A stretch of DNA of 64,000 nt from Tricharina praecox (GCF_024521635.1 NW_026250433.1:372001-436000), one strand, 5' to 3'. Shown: positions 50,743 to 63,891, counted from the stretch's first letter. The notes: generated from the letters alone by a model not told the origin. Made by a program: numbers and translations.

Positions 50743-51941
50743 CCGCGTACGAACGTCGGCGAAGAGATACCAATTATATCGATGATCACACAAGTGTCAA
50801 AGGGAGAAGGAAACCCTTGTATATGTTCTAGCCTGGCGGGCAAAATGGGATTTTCATAAATAGACCGGCCCGTGGGGCAAGCGACTGGATATGCGATCTG
50901 ACCGGACTGCCGAATCAGAATAGATTCTTGGCAGACCGGGAAAGCTTTTACATTAGACCAGCCTGCCGGGCATAATTTATGTGCACATACGTGGACATTA
51001 CAATAAGGCGACTTTTCTATCGACTCAATACTCAAATCTTTACACAGCGCTCATGCAGGCAATCTAAAAGTCATCGTTACCTAGGTTCTCACCCCCGTTC
51101 TCTTGCTTAACCGCCATCCGGCTTGCTCTCCTGCTTCCCCTCGAGCGTCCTCTCCGGCTTCCTTCCCCGCCACTTCCTCTCCATCATCCCTCTCAATAAT
51201 ACCACCGCTCCAGAAGGTGTTTGTTGTATTGCTTTTACTCGTAGGCCGAGACCTTTTCTGGCCAGATGCTGTTTGAGTACCTGAGCGGAGTCTGTGTCGG
51301 CCTGTTGTTGGTATTGGTAGAACAGCGGCGCCGGCTGGTGGATAGTTCTGTCAATCAATATCTCAAAGTTCGAAAGACGCGTCTGTAGCTTCTGCTATCG
51401 CATTAAGGGCGGTGATATGTAAAGGCATGATGCGTGAAGACACCTTGAGGAAAAATTGGAGAAAAACCTGCGGGGTCAGGATAGGTAAAAGGTGGATTGC
51501 TCTTAGCCACAGTATGTTCCCAAGACTGCGAACGAACCAGTCACAGTCATCCATATCAGCAATCTGTATCCGTGCCACTGGCTAGATTTCAATTGAGAAC
51601 TGCAATTTGGCTAACGCATTTTTCACGTATGTGAGAAACCGAGTGAGAGGTCGTGAGGTATACCGATCAGAGGTACGTGGTAGGCCGTAGACTTGTAGGG
51701 GTTTAGGAGGACTTGGTGGTACTGTATCGTGATCATCTTTGCACATTAGTAAGGTAGTTCTCACTGAGACGAAGCGCATGCTGGAGATTGTCTGTGTACT
51801 CGGCCATGCAGTGAGTAGATCCGGCCTGGCTAAGGGCCCTCACAAAGTGGCGTTGACTCGACTCGAACAAAGGTCGTTTTACCACCTTCTGTGCCGCTGT
51901 GGGATTTGCAGATGTCAGGTATTCATGAGACCATCGGATGG

Positions 51942-52017
51942 CTGCTGAAGCTGGTGAGTGTGGGCCTTAGGTAAAAACGTTGTTCGGCAAGCCGTGGGTT
52001 CGAGTCCCAACAAGCAG
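51942..52017 (+). pseudogene. tRNA-derived sequence (class II, Leu/Ser-like) forming the head of long copy 2
   Basis: T-arm/B-box TGGG-TTCGAGT-CCCA (51995-52009), variable-arm hairpin CGGC-AA-GCCG (51985-51994), and acceptor-like pairing CTGCT/AGCAG. The D and anticodon arms are degenerate, so this is not a functional tRNA. Confidence 0.6.
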
Positions 52018-53345
52018 AGGCGGGGTTCAGGTAAGCGGTTTAATGGCCCTCTGGATACCCGCAGTGATGTAGAGTAGTGTACGTTCAACCGAAAGAACAG
52101 GGCTGCTTTGGATGGAAAACCTCCCTGGGAATTTGACGCTCGGGTAATGCTGTGCAGTCACTGCTGCAGCCTGCAGAGCCACTCCGGCAACGCTTGGCAT
52201 TCATACTGACAACTCCTGTTCTACATAGCAACCACCCCGCTCTGCTGGCAGCAATGGATTATCCCATCGTTTGTTCCACTCGTTATCATCTCACCATCTA
52301 TTACGAGCGTTTCCTTGGAACGCATACGCGAAATCACCGCTCCCGGCCAGTCAACCGTTGACACGACCTGACGGGTCGGGACTATGACCACATTAGATGC
52401 GGGACCTGACTCAAGGACTGTTATCTTGCGCGGAAAGTAAAGCCTATGACAAAGCCTGACCACTGGCTTGGTACGTTTACTGTTGACGCCACTCGGGACC
52501 TCGACTCCTCGAAATTTGCATGCCGTTCCACGGTAGCCCTCAGCGTCCCGTTGCGATCTTTCCAACTTCGCACTTGGACGTGCCCCTTCAGCCACCGCTC
52601 ACATTCCACCACTGGTATCGAACGGCTACGACTGGGTCCGTCGGCAGAGCATATACGCCGCGGGGTCGTATCTCGGCTCTTAGAGGCCACAGTTTGTGCG
52701 GGTACAAGATCACCCGCCGACGTAGCGTCCAATGCATTGACATCAGCGTCTGCTCGGCCGGTGTCCCTTCATGGACGCATGGCGCTTTCCGGGCAAATAT
52801 TCTGGTGCAGTTAAAGAGGACACGATAAGCTCTACTAGGTCCGGTTAGCGGAAATACTGAAGGTATGTTGGACCCGCCTGATGCCTGCAGGTTATGCGGG
52901 GTGGTATCCGAGCACTCCACTATTGGGTATGCCGAGAAGCTCTCACCCGGTTTTGGACGGCCTACGGGCCAACGGCGGTGGGGGTGAAGCAGCCGAATTA
53001 TTGACTCTCACAATTCCCCCCTACCCAACACCGCGGAATGGGAACACCGGCACGCGCTCTATCTGCCCACATCGCGGATCTCGAAAAATGTGTGGTATGC
53101 GATACTGAATAACCCCGCAGCTGTTGGAGTCGATGCCTGATTCCCGACAGCAGCCCACGGGATTCTCCACTCCACCTATGGCGGGGGTATTGAGGACCCG
53201 GTTGGGTGCAGGGCGCGGACACACACCTGGATCTTACTAGGTGGAAACGGCGGGGGTGCGCAGTGACGTTCCTGCTGCAGGTGCTGCAAACACCGGGGGT
53301 TGTGGAATGATAATAATGATGGTGATTGTCTACGTGTGATTGATT
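51942..53345 (+). mobile_element. Degenerate tRNA-headed retroelement, long copy 2
   Basis: A tRNA-like head followed by ~1.3 kb homologous to 49462-50742. Broken frames include ILVQLKRTR*...PDACRLCGVVSEH, reminiscent of a LINE ORF2 C-terminal zinc finger. The 3' boundary is approximate. Confidence 0.65.
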
Positions 53346-53955
53346 ACTCGCTGAGCGGGTCTTTTAGCTGTTGCAGCCTCAGGGTGATGGTGACACCCGC
53401 AGGAACGGGTTCATCACCCTCCTTGTAGTTGAATGCAGATGATCCTTCGATGCTACAATCGATAGACCCACAGAGATGAGTATCCAGACTGGCAGACCGA
53501 GAAACAAAACATTGTAAATAGCAATGTGGTGATTGCTTGAAACATACTTGAAATAATGGTAGATCGCACTACAGCATTACCGCTGACGCAAGCAGCAACG
53601 GTGCTCATCTATGAATTCGAATACTTCGGTGACAGGTTGGAGATATGCGTCATCTAGGTAAATACAGAAGGACTTGGCACGACTAACAACTGCGCGTAAT
53701 GAAGAATGATTGAAGAAATACCTATGCCTCTGGCTCCAGATCCAAAACCTCTGACACCCTCACACAGTCCCTCACATGACCTGATCTTCCTCCGCCCCGG
53801 CTAACGTCCACCAATCCGGCCCTGATCTTTCTCCGTATGTCATTCTCCGTACAATACCCAAATTTTCCACCAACATGATTCATTCGCTCTAGGCCGCACA
53901 TGATCCAAAAGCAGAAAACAAGAAGCAAACAAATTAAAAATTCAAAAACGTGAAC

Positions 53956-54190
53956 GACGAAAAAAGCAGAGCGAGAAGCAGTAAAGCAACGCGAGGGTTT
54001 TTTTGGATATCAATACTGAAGTTCATTGCCAGGGTATAAGAGGGTATCAGGCGAGCGAACCAGTAAGGAAAAGATGAAAACGGGAAAGGGACGAAAAGCA
54101 ACGCGGGGGGTTTTTTTTTGATTTTCTTTTTTGGATATCAATACTGAAGTTCATTGCCAGGGTATAAGAGGGTATCAGGCAGTAAACCAG
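53956..54190. repeat. ~128-bp tandem duplication with a 54-bp identical core
   Basis: TTTTTTGGATATCAATACTGAAGTTCATTGCCAGGGTATAAGAGGGTATCAGGC at 53999-54052 and 54127-54180. Confidence 0.9.
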
Positions 54191-54688
54191 TAAGGTTAAG
54201 GACATAAAGAAACAGAAACCAGGAAACTAGGGAAAACGCAAAACTGAACTCGCTCGCAAAGAAGAAAAAAAAAAAAAACAGAAAGCAAAAACACCCGGAT
54301 AGCACTGTGGGGCGCCATGAAGCTGCCCATCCTTATCCGTCACCTACCATTGTCCGTTAGCACAAATGCAAAAACCGATGAGGAGAATAAAGAACTTACC
54401 AGTATAAGAGCGGATGCTCTCTGTACTGGTGCACTCTTCTGAGTGTGGAGCGTCCGGAGACGACTCATCCTGTCAGCTGTATAGAACGGTCAGTATCACT
54501 TGTGTGCCATAATAGAAGAATCAAGTAACTTACCAGCAGAAGAGTGGATACTCTCGAAACCGCTGCTGTCTTCCGACAGATATCCGTCTCGAGTCCGGTC
54601 ACAATCCTCTACCCACCCGCCCCATCCCAGCCCTGTTCCACCACCCCGACTGCCACCACCCCGACCGCCACGACCATCCCACCAGCCT

Positions 54689-56568
54689 CTAGAAGAGCGG
54701 GTCAATGGGGAGAAAGGCCGCCCAACCTGCTCCTCCGCCCATCATCCACCCGACCTTCTCTTTCCAGATCTGCTCCAGCACCTGGCGGAGGGGCATTTCC
54801 TCGGGGTCCAGCTGGGGCCGGACAAAGTCGAAGGAAGGACCTTCGGGGTCGACTTTCTCTGGCAGCAGGTCAAAGCGGCTCCTGCTGGGACCAACCTTAA
54901 AGTTGAGACGGTCGCGCTGGTGCGACCGGAAGTCAAGGTCGTGCCTGGGCAGCTGTCCGGAACAGGCTGCCGGGGAGAAGACCGATCGCGCGACCTCTCC
55001 CCATCTCCAAGCGTTCTGCTCAATCCTCGCGACGAGGAGTTCCCTGGCGGTCTCCAGGTATCCGGCCGCAGCCGCGGCCTGGGCTTCCTCCACAGGAAAA
55101 GCCGAGCTGACCACAGATGCGGCGTCGTCGGAGTCGAGGCACTCCTCCAGGGGATACTCCTCGAATTCGCTCGAGGCCGAGCTTGAGAACGACTCAGCGT
55201 ACTCGTGGATCGCCTCGAGGGGGCAAATTTCATCCTCCTCCACGCAGGACAGCACGGAGGAGAGGTCCTCCTCCACTCTGTCGACCTTCAGCTTGAGGTC
55301 GTCAAGCCAGTCGCAAAGCTCGTCCTCGGTGAGGTCTCCGCTTACGTGCGCGTTGAGGAGCATTTCGAGCTCCTCGCTGAGGTCGGCCGGGCTTGCCGAA
55401 GGAAGACCAGAGTTGGTGGAGGGGGTGTGCGACGAGATTGAGCCCAAGGTCGTCGAGTTGTCCTCGGGATTCTTGACGGCTAGAAGACAAAAAAAGTGTC
55501 AGTGATGTTCTCAAGGATTGTATAATTTTCAATGCAGACCACGATTAAACGCAAAAAAAAAATGAGCAGCTAACCGCGGATAGCTTCTCATTTAGGTTGA
55601 GATGGAAAGGTAAGGACAGGAGTGGGTATCAACGGAAGGTGGTGAGGAGTGTGTAACAAGGGAGAAGATTGGTGTGACAAAGAGTAAGGGAAACGACAAG
55701 CAAAAACAAACAATGAGAAGGGAACCGGAGTGATGCCAAACTTACGCAAGATTGAGGTGGCTCCCGCCGAAACCACATGGCGCACCGCAAGAGGGCTGAC
55801 CTTCGCCAAAGAAGTAGAAGGGGGAGTAGAAGGGGAAGAAGAAGAGGGAGAAAAAGAGGGGGAAGAAGAGGGGGAAGAAGAGGAGGAAACAGAGAGGGAA
55901 ACAGGGAGGGAAGAAGAAGAGGGAGAAGAAAAGGGAGAAGAAGAGGGGAAAGAAGAGGGGGAAACAGAGAGGGAAGAGGAACCAGACGAAGATGAGGAAG
56001 AGGAGGTCTTGCGCCCGCGGGTAGGCGTGTGAACGGTTTTGCCCCGCAGAGCAATCCCCAGAAGGCGGGGGGAGGGAGGATGAGGGAGACCGGAGGTGGC
56101 GGTGGTGGAGGCGGAGGAGGACGCAGAAAGCGACCGGCCCTTAACGCAACAACCCGAACTGCGAACAGTTCGGGAGGAGGGAGAGTTGCCGCTGCGGGCA
56201 GGGATGTGAACGAGTTTGCCCCGCAGGGCAATACCGAGAAGGCGGGGAGAAGGAGTGCGAGGAAGGGGGAGACCGGAGGAACAAGAAGAGGAGGAGGAGG
56301 AAGAAGAAACCGAGCGGTCCCGGACGGGGATCCGCGACGAGAGAGTCAGGGGGAGGGGAAGACCGGAGGACGAGAAGGAGGAGGGGGAGGAAGAAACCGA
56401 GCGGTCCCGGATGGGGATCCGGGACGCGGGAGTCTTGCGCCTGCGGGCAGGCGTGTGAACAATTTTGCCCCGCAGGGCAATTTCCAGAAGACGGGGAGAG
56501 GGAGAGAGACGGAGGGGAAGACGGGAGAAAGAGCGGCGGAGAGCGAACGCAAACAATTGAGCAGACAT
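54689..56568 (-). CDS. Orphan protein: basic Ser/Arg-rich repeat N-half plus acidic C-half (exons 56568-55746, 55479-54689; ~537 aa; further small exons downstream)
   Basis: Intron 55745-55480 (GTAAGT...CTGAC...TAG) joins GATSIL-P-VKNPEDN in frame. Internal repeats PSPRLLxIALRGKxVHxP (x3) and SRIPxRDRSVSSS (x2). Confidence 0.65.
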
Positions 56569-57007
56569 TGCTGGGATTGGCAATCTGCTCAACGAGGGAA
56601 AAGAGAGAAAAGAGAGAAAAGGTGAAGAGTGCGGAGAGGGCGGAGAGGTGAAGAGACAGGAGAAGAGAGAGGGCGGAGAGGAGAAGAGAGAACCGGAGAA
56701 GAGAAGAGAGCAGAGGAGAGGAGAGAGCAAGTGTAGGAGAGAAGAACAGATCACCAGGTGATCTCGAGTTTGGAACAAGTGGGATTTGAAGGCGCAGCTG
56801 AGAGGAGGAGGAAGTTGAATGAGGGGGAAAGCGGAAGGAAGAAGGAAGAAGGAGGACGGGGGGAGTGGGGGGAGGTCATTCGATGGGTGGTGTGCCAAGT
56901 TCTGGTCGGCCAAAACCAAGTGGTGGTCGGCCAAAACACAGACTGTAGGCCTCTCTGCGGGAGTGGACGAAACGGGAATAATTCTGCCTGGCCTTGCCGC
57001 TGAAAGC

Positions 57008-57412
57008 CTGTCAGATCGAGGGTGCGGCCCGGTTTGTTGCTTAGATCGGTGCATGGTCGTGCGGGGGTGCATGGCAGGAACCGGTTTTTTGCTGGGGGGG
57101 TGTCGACGGTCGGGCCGATTCCGCCTGCCTGGGCCGCTGATAAGCTGTCAGATAGAGAGAGCGGCCAAAATATTGCTCTAGATCGGTGCGCGGTCGCGTG
57201 GGTGTGCATGGGTGGAACGGCTTTTGGCTGGGGGTCTGTCGACGCTCGAGGCCAGTCCGCCTGTCGTGGCCGTCCAGAAGCTGTCCGATCGAAGGGACCC
57301 TCTCGCGTGTGTCCCAGATCGCGGGGTGCCGGGAGTTTGTTTTGGGTGTGCTGTGCAGACGGTCGAGCCCATACCGCCTCGCCTGGGCGTCGAGAAGCAG
57401 TCAGATCGAACA
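57008..57412. repeat. Diverged ~136-bp tandem repeat (3 units plus the start of a 4th)
   Basis: Units start at 57008, 57145, 57281 and 57398 with C(T/A)GTC(A/C)GAT.GA and share AGATCG, GACG.TCG.G..C and CCGCCT. Confidence 0.75.
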
Positions 57413-57520
57413 GACCCTGTCCGTCAGCGCTGCGATCGGCGACATCCCCCCCCAGGTCCATGTCGCTGCATTGGCCATCGAAGAACTCGCCCACCGCTCT
57501 CCAGGGATGTTTTTTTTGTA

Positions 57521-57662
57521 TTGATCAACGTGTTACTGTCGACCGTACCCAGTTGCTCGTGCTGTGCCCCGTGCTGTGCCCCGCTGTTCTTGCTTTGTTT
57601 TGACCAACGTGCTACTGTCGACTGTACCCAGCTGTTCGTGCTGTGCCTCGCTGTTCTTGCTG
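57521..57662. repeat. ~79-bp tandem duplication
   Basis: TTGATCAACGTGTTACTGTCGACCGTACCCAG...GCTGTTCTTGCT versus TTGACCAACGTGCTACTGTCGACTGTACCCAG...GCTGTTCTTGCT. Confidence 0.85.
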
Positions 57663-59763
57663 TGCGCCGTCTGCCGTGCTGTCTGCAGTTCTGCAAGCCC
57701 ATAGCCCCGGTATTGTGACTCCAAATGTGCGGGATGTTGATGAATGCGACAGCAGCGCCCATCAGCTTGGAATCAACTCGTTTCTCCGCATAATGGCACA
57801 ACTTTATTCCTACCCATAAGGTACATACATGATACCAGTGAGAGCCATCGCAATCATCGCAAACGTATCACCTTCACGGCCGACGGCGCCGTCTCCAGAT
57901 AATCGTCACAAATGTCGCTTACAATGCTCGGCATTCCACTTCTCCTGACATTTTCAAGGGTCGGGGCACACCCCTCACCCCCAGAACCATCTGGCCCTGT
58001 TTAAGAACGCTGCGATATCGCAGGAGACCCTGGCGTTATCAAAACTCTGGCTAATGCTTTTGCAAGAAGTGTCAATTAGGTCGAAGACGATATTCGGAAT
58101 CGTCGAATGGGCGCGGCGTTATTGCCTATGCGTAGCGACGAGAACTTCACGGATGACAGTGGAGTACACGTTCAAAAGGCGAGCGGACCATGGGGTGGCA
58201 AGGACAGACAGTTTGTGAGTCTACCTCCCTTCTATTCTTCCAGATGGTCACCAGAATGTCGCTGACGATTATACTGATGGGAAACTGATGAAGCGATTGA
58301 AACAGTGTGATTCAAAAGATGAGCATATCAAGCCAGACGTTCTTCGCGGCGGCACCGGTGGCGAGTTTGCTACAGCGGCCTTTTCACTGCAGTGATTCAC
58401 AGCTGGGCCAGATGCCCTTTTTTTTCTTGAGCGTGTTTGGTGCTGTAACACGTAATGATGGGCTAACGCGTGTTCGACAATATTCTAGATAACGGATCAG
58501 ATTCTCGACTCTATATTTACGAGGGCAATTGAAAGTCACTGCATGACCGGCTTTTGAAACGATCGCGCAATGAGCACGAACCGATCAAAACTTCGCGACC
58601 GCAACCAAGGCGGAGCGCACTCACACCATTCGCAGATTACTATTCTCCGCGAAACATCCCGTCGTGGAGATCGTGTCCGATGTGGCCCCTCGGATCCAGA
58701 TGGTTCTGCTGATGGCATCGAGCCGTTGTCGGTGGTAAGGAAGTCTTGCGGGTAGCATGATAAAGCAGTAGAAGGATCGTAGCGTGGTGATAGAGTAGAA
58801 CATCTGTGAGATATTTATCGATGGCCTCGGATTGCATCATGACGCGTATAATGTCGGGTAAGATCGTCTTGTTCCGTGACGTTTTCAACTCTTCGTAGAT
58901 GGTATAAATGAACTTTTTATCGATCGCTCTATCTGGGTCATCACCGCAGCTGGTAGATACATCTCTTGTAACATTGCCAACTTTCATGAGTGATGAAAAT
59001 CAAGTTTTGCCATTAGTGCATGTAGACGGTCATAACAGATTCGACAAACCTATATCGTGCACACAACTTTGAGTACGAAATTGACTACCTACGCAGTGTG
59101 AAGTGCAGGGCATTCCTGTTCACATTGAAGAAAATGACTACTACTCTCCATGTTGGACGATTCATGAAAGGATTCAGTAATAGCGTTCAACGACAGCATC
59201 CACCGCTGACAGCTGCCGAAACTACTGATCACTCGTTTTGTCGGACTTACCGACACTGCTTATCACTGGTTTTCTTGGACATCTCGACACCAATAACCAC
59301 TCGATTTGAGGATCTGATGACTGCATGAGGAATTCCCAGTATTTCACGAGAGAAATCGACTGAAAGAGCAAACTTGCGACGCGAGGTAATCAAAGACGGT
59401 AGGCACGAACTTTCTAGAGCAAGAATACAGTTACTCGTTCCGAGTATGTGGAGTCGTCGGAAATACCGATGAATAAACTTAGAAATGTATTCCAACGATT
59501 ATGATGTAAGAGATAGAGAGCTATCTCCTGATCGCGAAAAGAGAATACTTCTATAGGTGCCGAGATATATAGCCCCAAGACACAGTTTGTTTACATTAGA
59601 AGATGCCAGCGAGACAAACAGGGGCAATCTGTCAAAAAACCGAGTGACGATCAATGTGAGACGCTAGGCAAGCAAGCTAGTGACAACCTTAAATCAACGA
59701 CAGTTACACAAAGAACACCGAGTGAGTAAAGATGCCTCACACCACTACCTCCACGTGCGATCG

Positions 59764-61066
59764 TCATAAATCATCGCGGCAGTGAGGCCTGTTGGCGATG
59801 GTAGAAGCCTTGCTTTCACTCAAATCCACGGTATGGTAGCGGTGAGAGCAGGTTAAGTTCACATCAACGATTTTATCGACTCTAATCACTACTTGCGAGC
59901 GCACCTGCTGGAAAATAGCTCGATTGCTCTGAAGTTCGAAACGCAAAGAAAAACGAGACACAAAAAACAAAAACAAGACATAAAAAACAAAAACAAGACT
60001 GAGAAAACAAAAACAAGACAGAAAAAAGAAAACCAAAAAATTCGAACCGTCCAATGAGCTGCTCCTTCCACCCCCAGCTGACTCGCCTCATGGCACCAGA
60101 GACGCCAACAGCGTCTCTGGCTTGGGCGCACGAACACCCCCGCGAGTCCGCCGCCCCGACGGCTGGTATCGGTGACCAGTCCTTGGACGACCACCGAAGG
60201 CGCTTGCACCTTCATGCCCGTAGAGGGCAATCCACAGCTCTGCTGATGTGGCTGGGATTTTGTATGATCGTTTCCTGGGTCTTGATGACAGGGGAAGTAG
60301 CTGGAAGTCGAAGGAAACGTTTCAGGGAAAGGTCCGCCGACTGTGCTTTGGTAGGGCTTGTACAGATTGAGTTCGCCTTGGTGGTGAACGTCGAGTCCTG
60401 TAGCAGCGATTAGTATTTTCCTCTTGTGAAAGCAACATCAACGAAATTCACTCTCTGCCAATCCTCCACTTCCTCCACCCATTCCAACCCACGTCTCGAA
60501 ATATCTAACATGTGGGCGATGTGCCCAGGGCCGAGATGCTCTAGCGATGCTTTGAACCCCCGGCATAGTAGTCGGGCGGTTCTCTCGGGGTCATTCGTCG
60601 CCGCAGATAACTGCTATGCGAACTGTAAGGAGAACGCAACGGCGTGCTCCTCAATTGCCACGTTCACCAGTAATGATGATCATTTCTGGAGACTGCTGGA
60701 TGGAGGACATAGGTGAACGTCGGTCGATGCTCGTGGCGGTCCACTCGGGTGCGTACAGCGGCAAGCCAGAACGGGTTATCTCCTCCATTGCGACGTACTT
60801 CTGCAGCTCGCTGATGAACCAATTGCGCATGAATTGACGCTCGTCGGGATGGATAAGCGTCAATTCATGCGCGATTCGCCTCGAGAGCTGCCCGAGAAGT
60901 GATAGGATGATTTTGTCCGCTTGGGCGCCGTTATTGGATCGCTTCATTCAACCATCCCCTTACCATGTTCCTGTGATTATCCACGATTTTGTTGTGCCAC
61001 CAAACTTGCTTGCCGTTGCTTCCAAAATAGGCGATTTGAGTCGGAGTATGGAGAGCTGAGGACATC
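59764..61066 (-). pseudogene. Decayed gene of unknown family, interrupted by an A-rich insertion
   Basis: Protein-like fragments: MSSALHTPTQIAYFG..., DKIILSLLGQLSRRIAHELTLIHPDERQFMRNWFISELQKYVAME, and KEQLIGRFE|LQSNRAIFQQ. An intron-like TACTAATCGCTGCTACAG lies at ~60400. Multiple stops and frameshifts. Confidence 0.4.
59944..60040 (+). mobile_element. 97-bp A-rich insertion with an imperfect 9-bp TSD
   Basis: TTCGAAACG (59935-59943) / TTCGAACCG (60041-60049); internal AAAACAAAAACAAGAC x3. Confidence 0.6.
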
Positions 61067-63891
61067 GCTGAAACTTGAAAGTGTTGTATGGTAGAAATGT
61101 TGCGTGTAGAGCGATACTTGGTATCGAAGTGTGTCGCGGGATGTGTATCGACGTTGTATCGAACGATGTGTGACGAAGGATGGAGGTGTGTGGGGATTTA
61201 TCTGTGTCGACAAAGTTGTAGAGCGAGTATTTGGAAGGTGTGGTTGTCGGTGTGGAGAGTTTTAAAGCTGGGTCGAAAAAATGTGTGGAGCGAGGATACC
61301 GAAGGTGTAGTTGTGGATGTGCAGGGCTTTGAAGCTGTGTCGAGAATATTAGGAGAGTAGGAGGAGAGGAGAGTAGGAGCAGCGACAATACTCGTCTACA
61401 ATGATCTCGGCGCTAGTGGAGATCGTCACTAGTGTGGCAGGAGGAGGACGCTAGTTCAGTCGCCAAGACAGAATAGCACGAGGTTACCGCTGGAAAACCC
61501 TTATCAAGTACTAGCAAGCTAAGCCAAATGACTGATTGCAGTATGATGATCAATCAAGGGGCGTCGAGGCTTGACGTCTCGCTAGCTTACCGCACTCAAC
61601 TGTTGCCGGACGACACGGCGCTGTGCCACATCTTCATGATGACGAGAACTGATGTGATTCTCAAAATTATGCACCGGAGATTCTCAATGGTATGTGAGTT
61701 CGCAGATCAATGCTCTTTGGTGACAAAATTCACTAAATGATGATGAAAAGTTTGAAATCTCTTCCAGCATACGCTGTTAATGCGTTCTATTCATCATGAT
61801 CATAATACAAAGAGCTGTAAGACAAATCACCTCTAAAGCAATCGCCATTCCATATTTATCGCCATAAGTCCTTAGGAATATCCGCCATAATGAGGCATTG
61901 CCAATATCTTAGCCGCAGATAGGTTAATACAATATCACTCCCTGCCTGTTCCTCCGATGGTAGGTGCCCCCAGCCCTGCCCTTTTCAAAGTCGGCACAGA
62001 GAAGAAAGAGCTCTGAGACGTAATCGGCAACATCGGGGCAATAAGTGTTCCAAGGCATGCCCCACATGCCCACATCACCGCCCTTGTACCTAGCAATCCT
62101 CGTGCAGTGAGAACCGAAGAAATTGTGGTTTTTGCAGCTACCGTTGCCCTCGCGGATTAAATCAATAGTTTCACCACACTGACTGGAAGCCAAACTTTGA
62201 ACTTTTCTTGCGCATCGGTGTACGGAAAATTCCACAACCGACGAGTGACATCGCGTGATTGTCAGCGATAAGCGATATCAGACTTTGACGCCGCGGTATT
62301 CATTAGGTTCAGAATCAATTAGTGAATCGTAGGTACTGTAGAATAGTTGATATGAACGTAGTGCTTCCGCATAGCCCGGTCGCCTGCTGGATTCTCTAGG
62401 TATATGCCGATGTCTTTCTGCTGTGACGCACGTGGCGCACGTGACGTGATGTTATATCCGAAGGCAGCATGCACGAAGGTGTGCTGATAAACAAGACCCT
62501 GCATATGCGTGGTACGTACTCTACCAGGGACGGACTACTGTTACCGGGGATGCTAAGAGAGATACGTCGACCTGAATGGACGACCTCGTGGCATGAAACT
62601 AGCAGCCAGGTTTGCTCACCGCCGCCGTGCAAGCACCCGATGCTGTGCTTCTCTTGCTGTAGACATGTTGAACTTACCATTCCTGCAAGTTGTCATTTGA
62701 CATCAAAAGCAGCAAAACATCAACCCCGATACTGTCATCACACCGTCGGCAATGTTGCCGCACCGCCACCACCGATCGACGTCCTCAGCTTAAAAGCTCA
62801 GCATTATATATCTCGAGATGATGGCCCATCCGCCGTGCTTTCCTAATGCAGTCGATGCTTGGGGATTACTGGCCCAGTCTTCAGGAGGCCTTGATTGCCA
62901 CTTTCGGAAAAAGTTCGTCTCTGCTCTGAGGTGGTCACTACTCATCATCAACTGACCTCTAGATTCTAACAACATCAGCCAGACTTCGCTCCCGGAGAAC
63001 TCGTCGCGAACTGCCATCACAGCATCTACCGCATCTATCGCCGTCACCGCATCGCCTCCCATGCCAACCACCGCATCTCTCCCGCTGTAGCGAATCCCTT
63101 CCGCACAAACGATACACACGCTTCCGATTTTTCTCAAGACCAAGCTATCCGACGATCTGGCGGTATTCAGCAAGAGTGTTTGCATTTACGGCGGCACGCC
63201 GTTCTGCTTCTCTACACCACACATCATCGACAATATATCCGCCCTCTGGCCGAGTCACGAAGTATGCTCGGTAATTGCTGTTTTCTTCCTGCTGCTTGCG
63301 GCTCTCCTTCGGCGGACTCAAGAGTAATTATCTGAACCGTTGACTGTCAAGAGACGAATAGCATTGCTAATGTTTGTCTCGAGAAGCTTTGCCCTTTCCT
63401 TCCCATCGGTCCATACTATCACTATCTCCTCGGTCCTGCATCGCCACCATATCCTCACGACTCCTACCTGTAGACGGACCAACACCGGTAGGTGTGGTGA
63501 CGATTGTTTCAAAAAACTGCGTCGACATCAGTTACGCACAACAACAAACCCCCATCCTCACCGCGCGACCACTGAACCTCCCCCGTTGTCATCTTCCACC
63601 GAGACGAGAATCGCCAACACTCAACCGGGGTTTGAAACGTCGCTAGGAGCTTTTGCGAGTACGGGATTTACGCTTAGTATTTTGCACAAGGACTCGTCGA
63701 CAGGAGGAATGGAAGTGCTTATGCCTTTAAACACATGACCTTTGTGAGCAGACGAGGTATGTCGGCTTTCATATTTGCTTCCGAATAGGTGTCTCAGCCA
63801 GGATGTAGCCATGAAAGATCAGTAAAGGATCCGCTCCGATGCCGAGGTTAAAATCACTGCCTTCGACACATTGTAACTACTGTATAGTGAA

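Noticed and set aside
54400..54480. Possible hammerhead ribozyme (GATGAG plus a short stem on the minus strand)
   Set aside because: Lacks the CTGANGA and GAAA core; better explained as a small exon.
57008..57412. CRISPR-like appearance of periodic repeats (also 53999-54180)
   Set aside because: Whole units are homologous with no unique spacers, there are no cas genes, and the context is eukaryotic.
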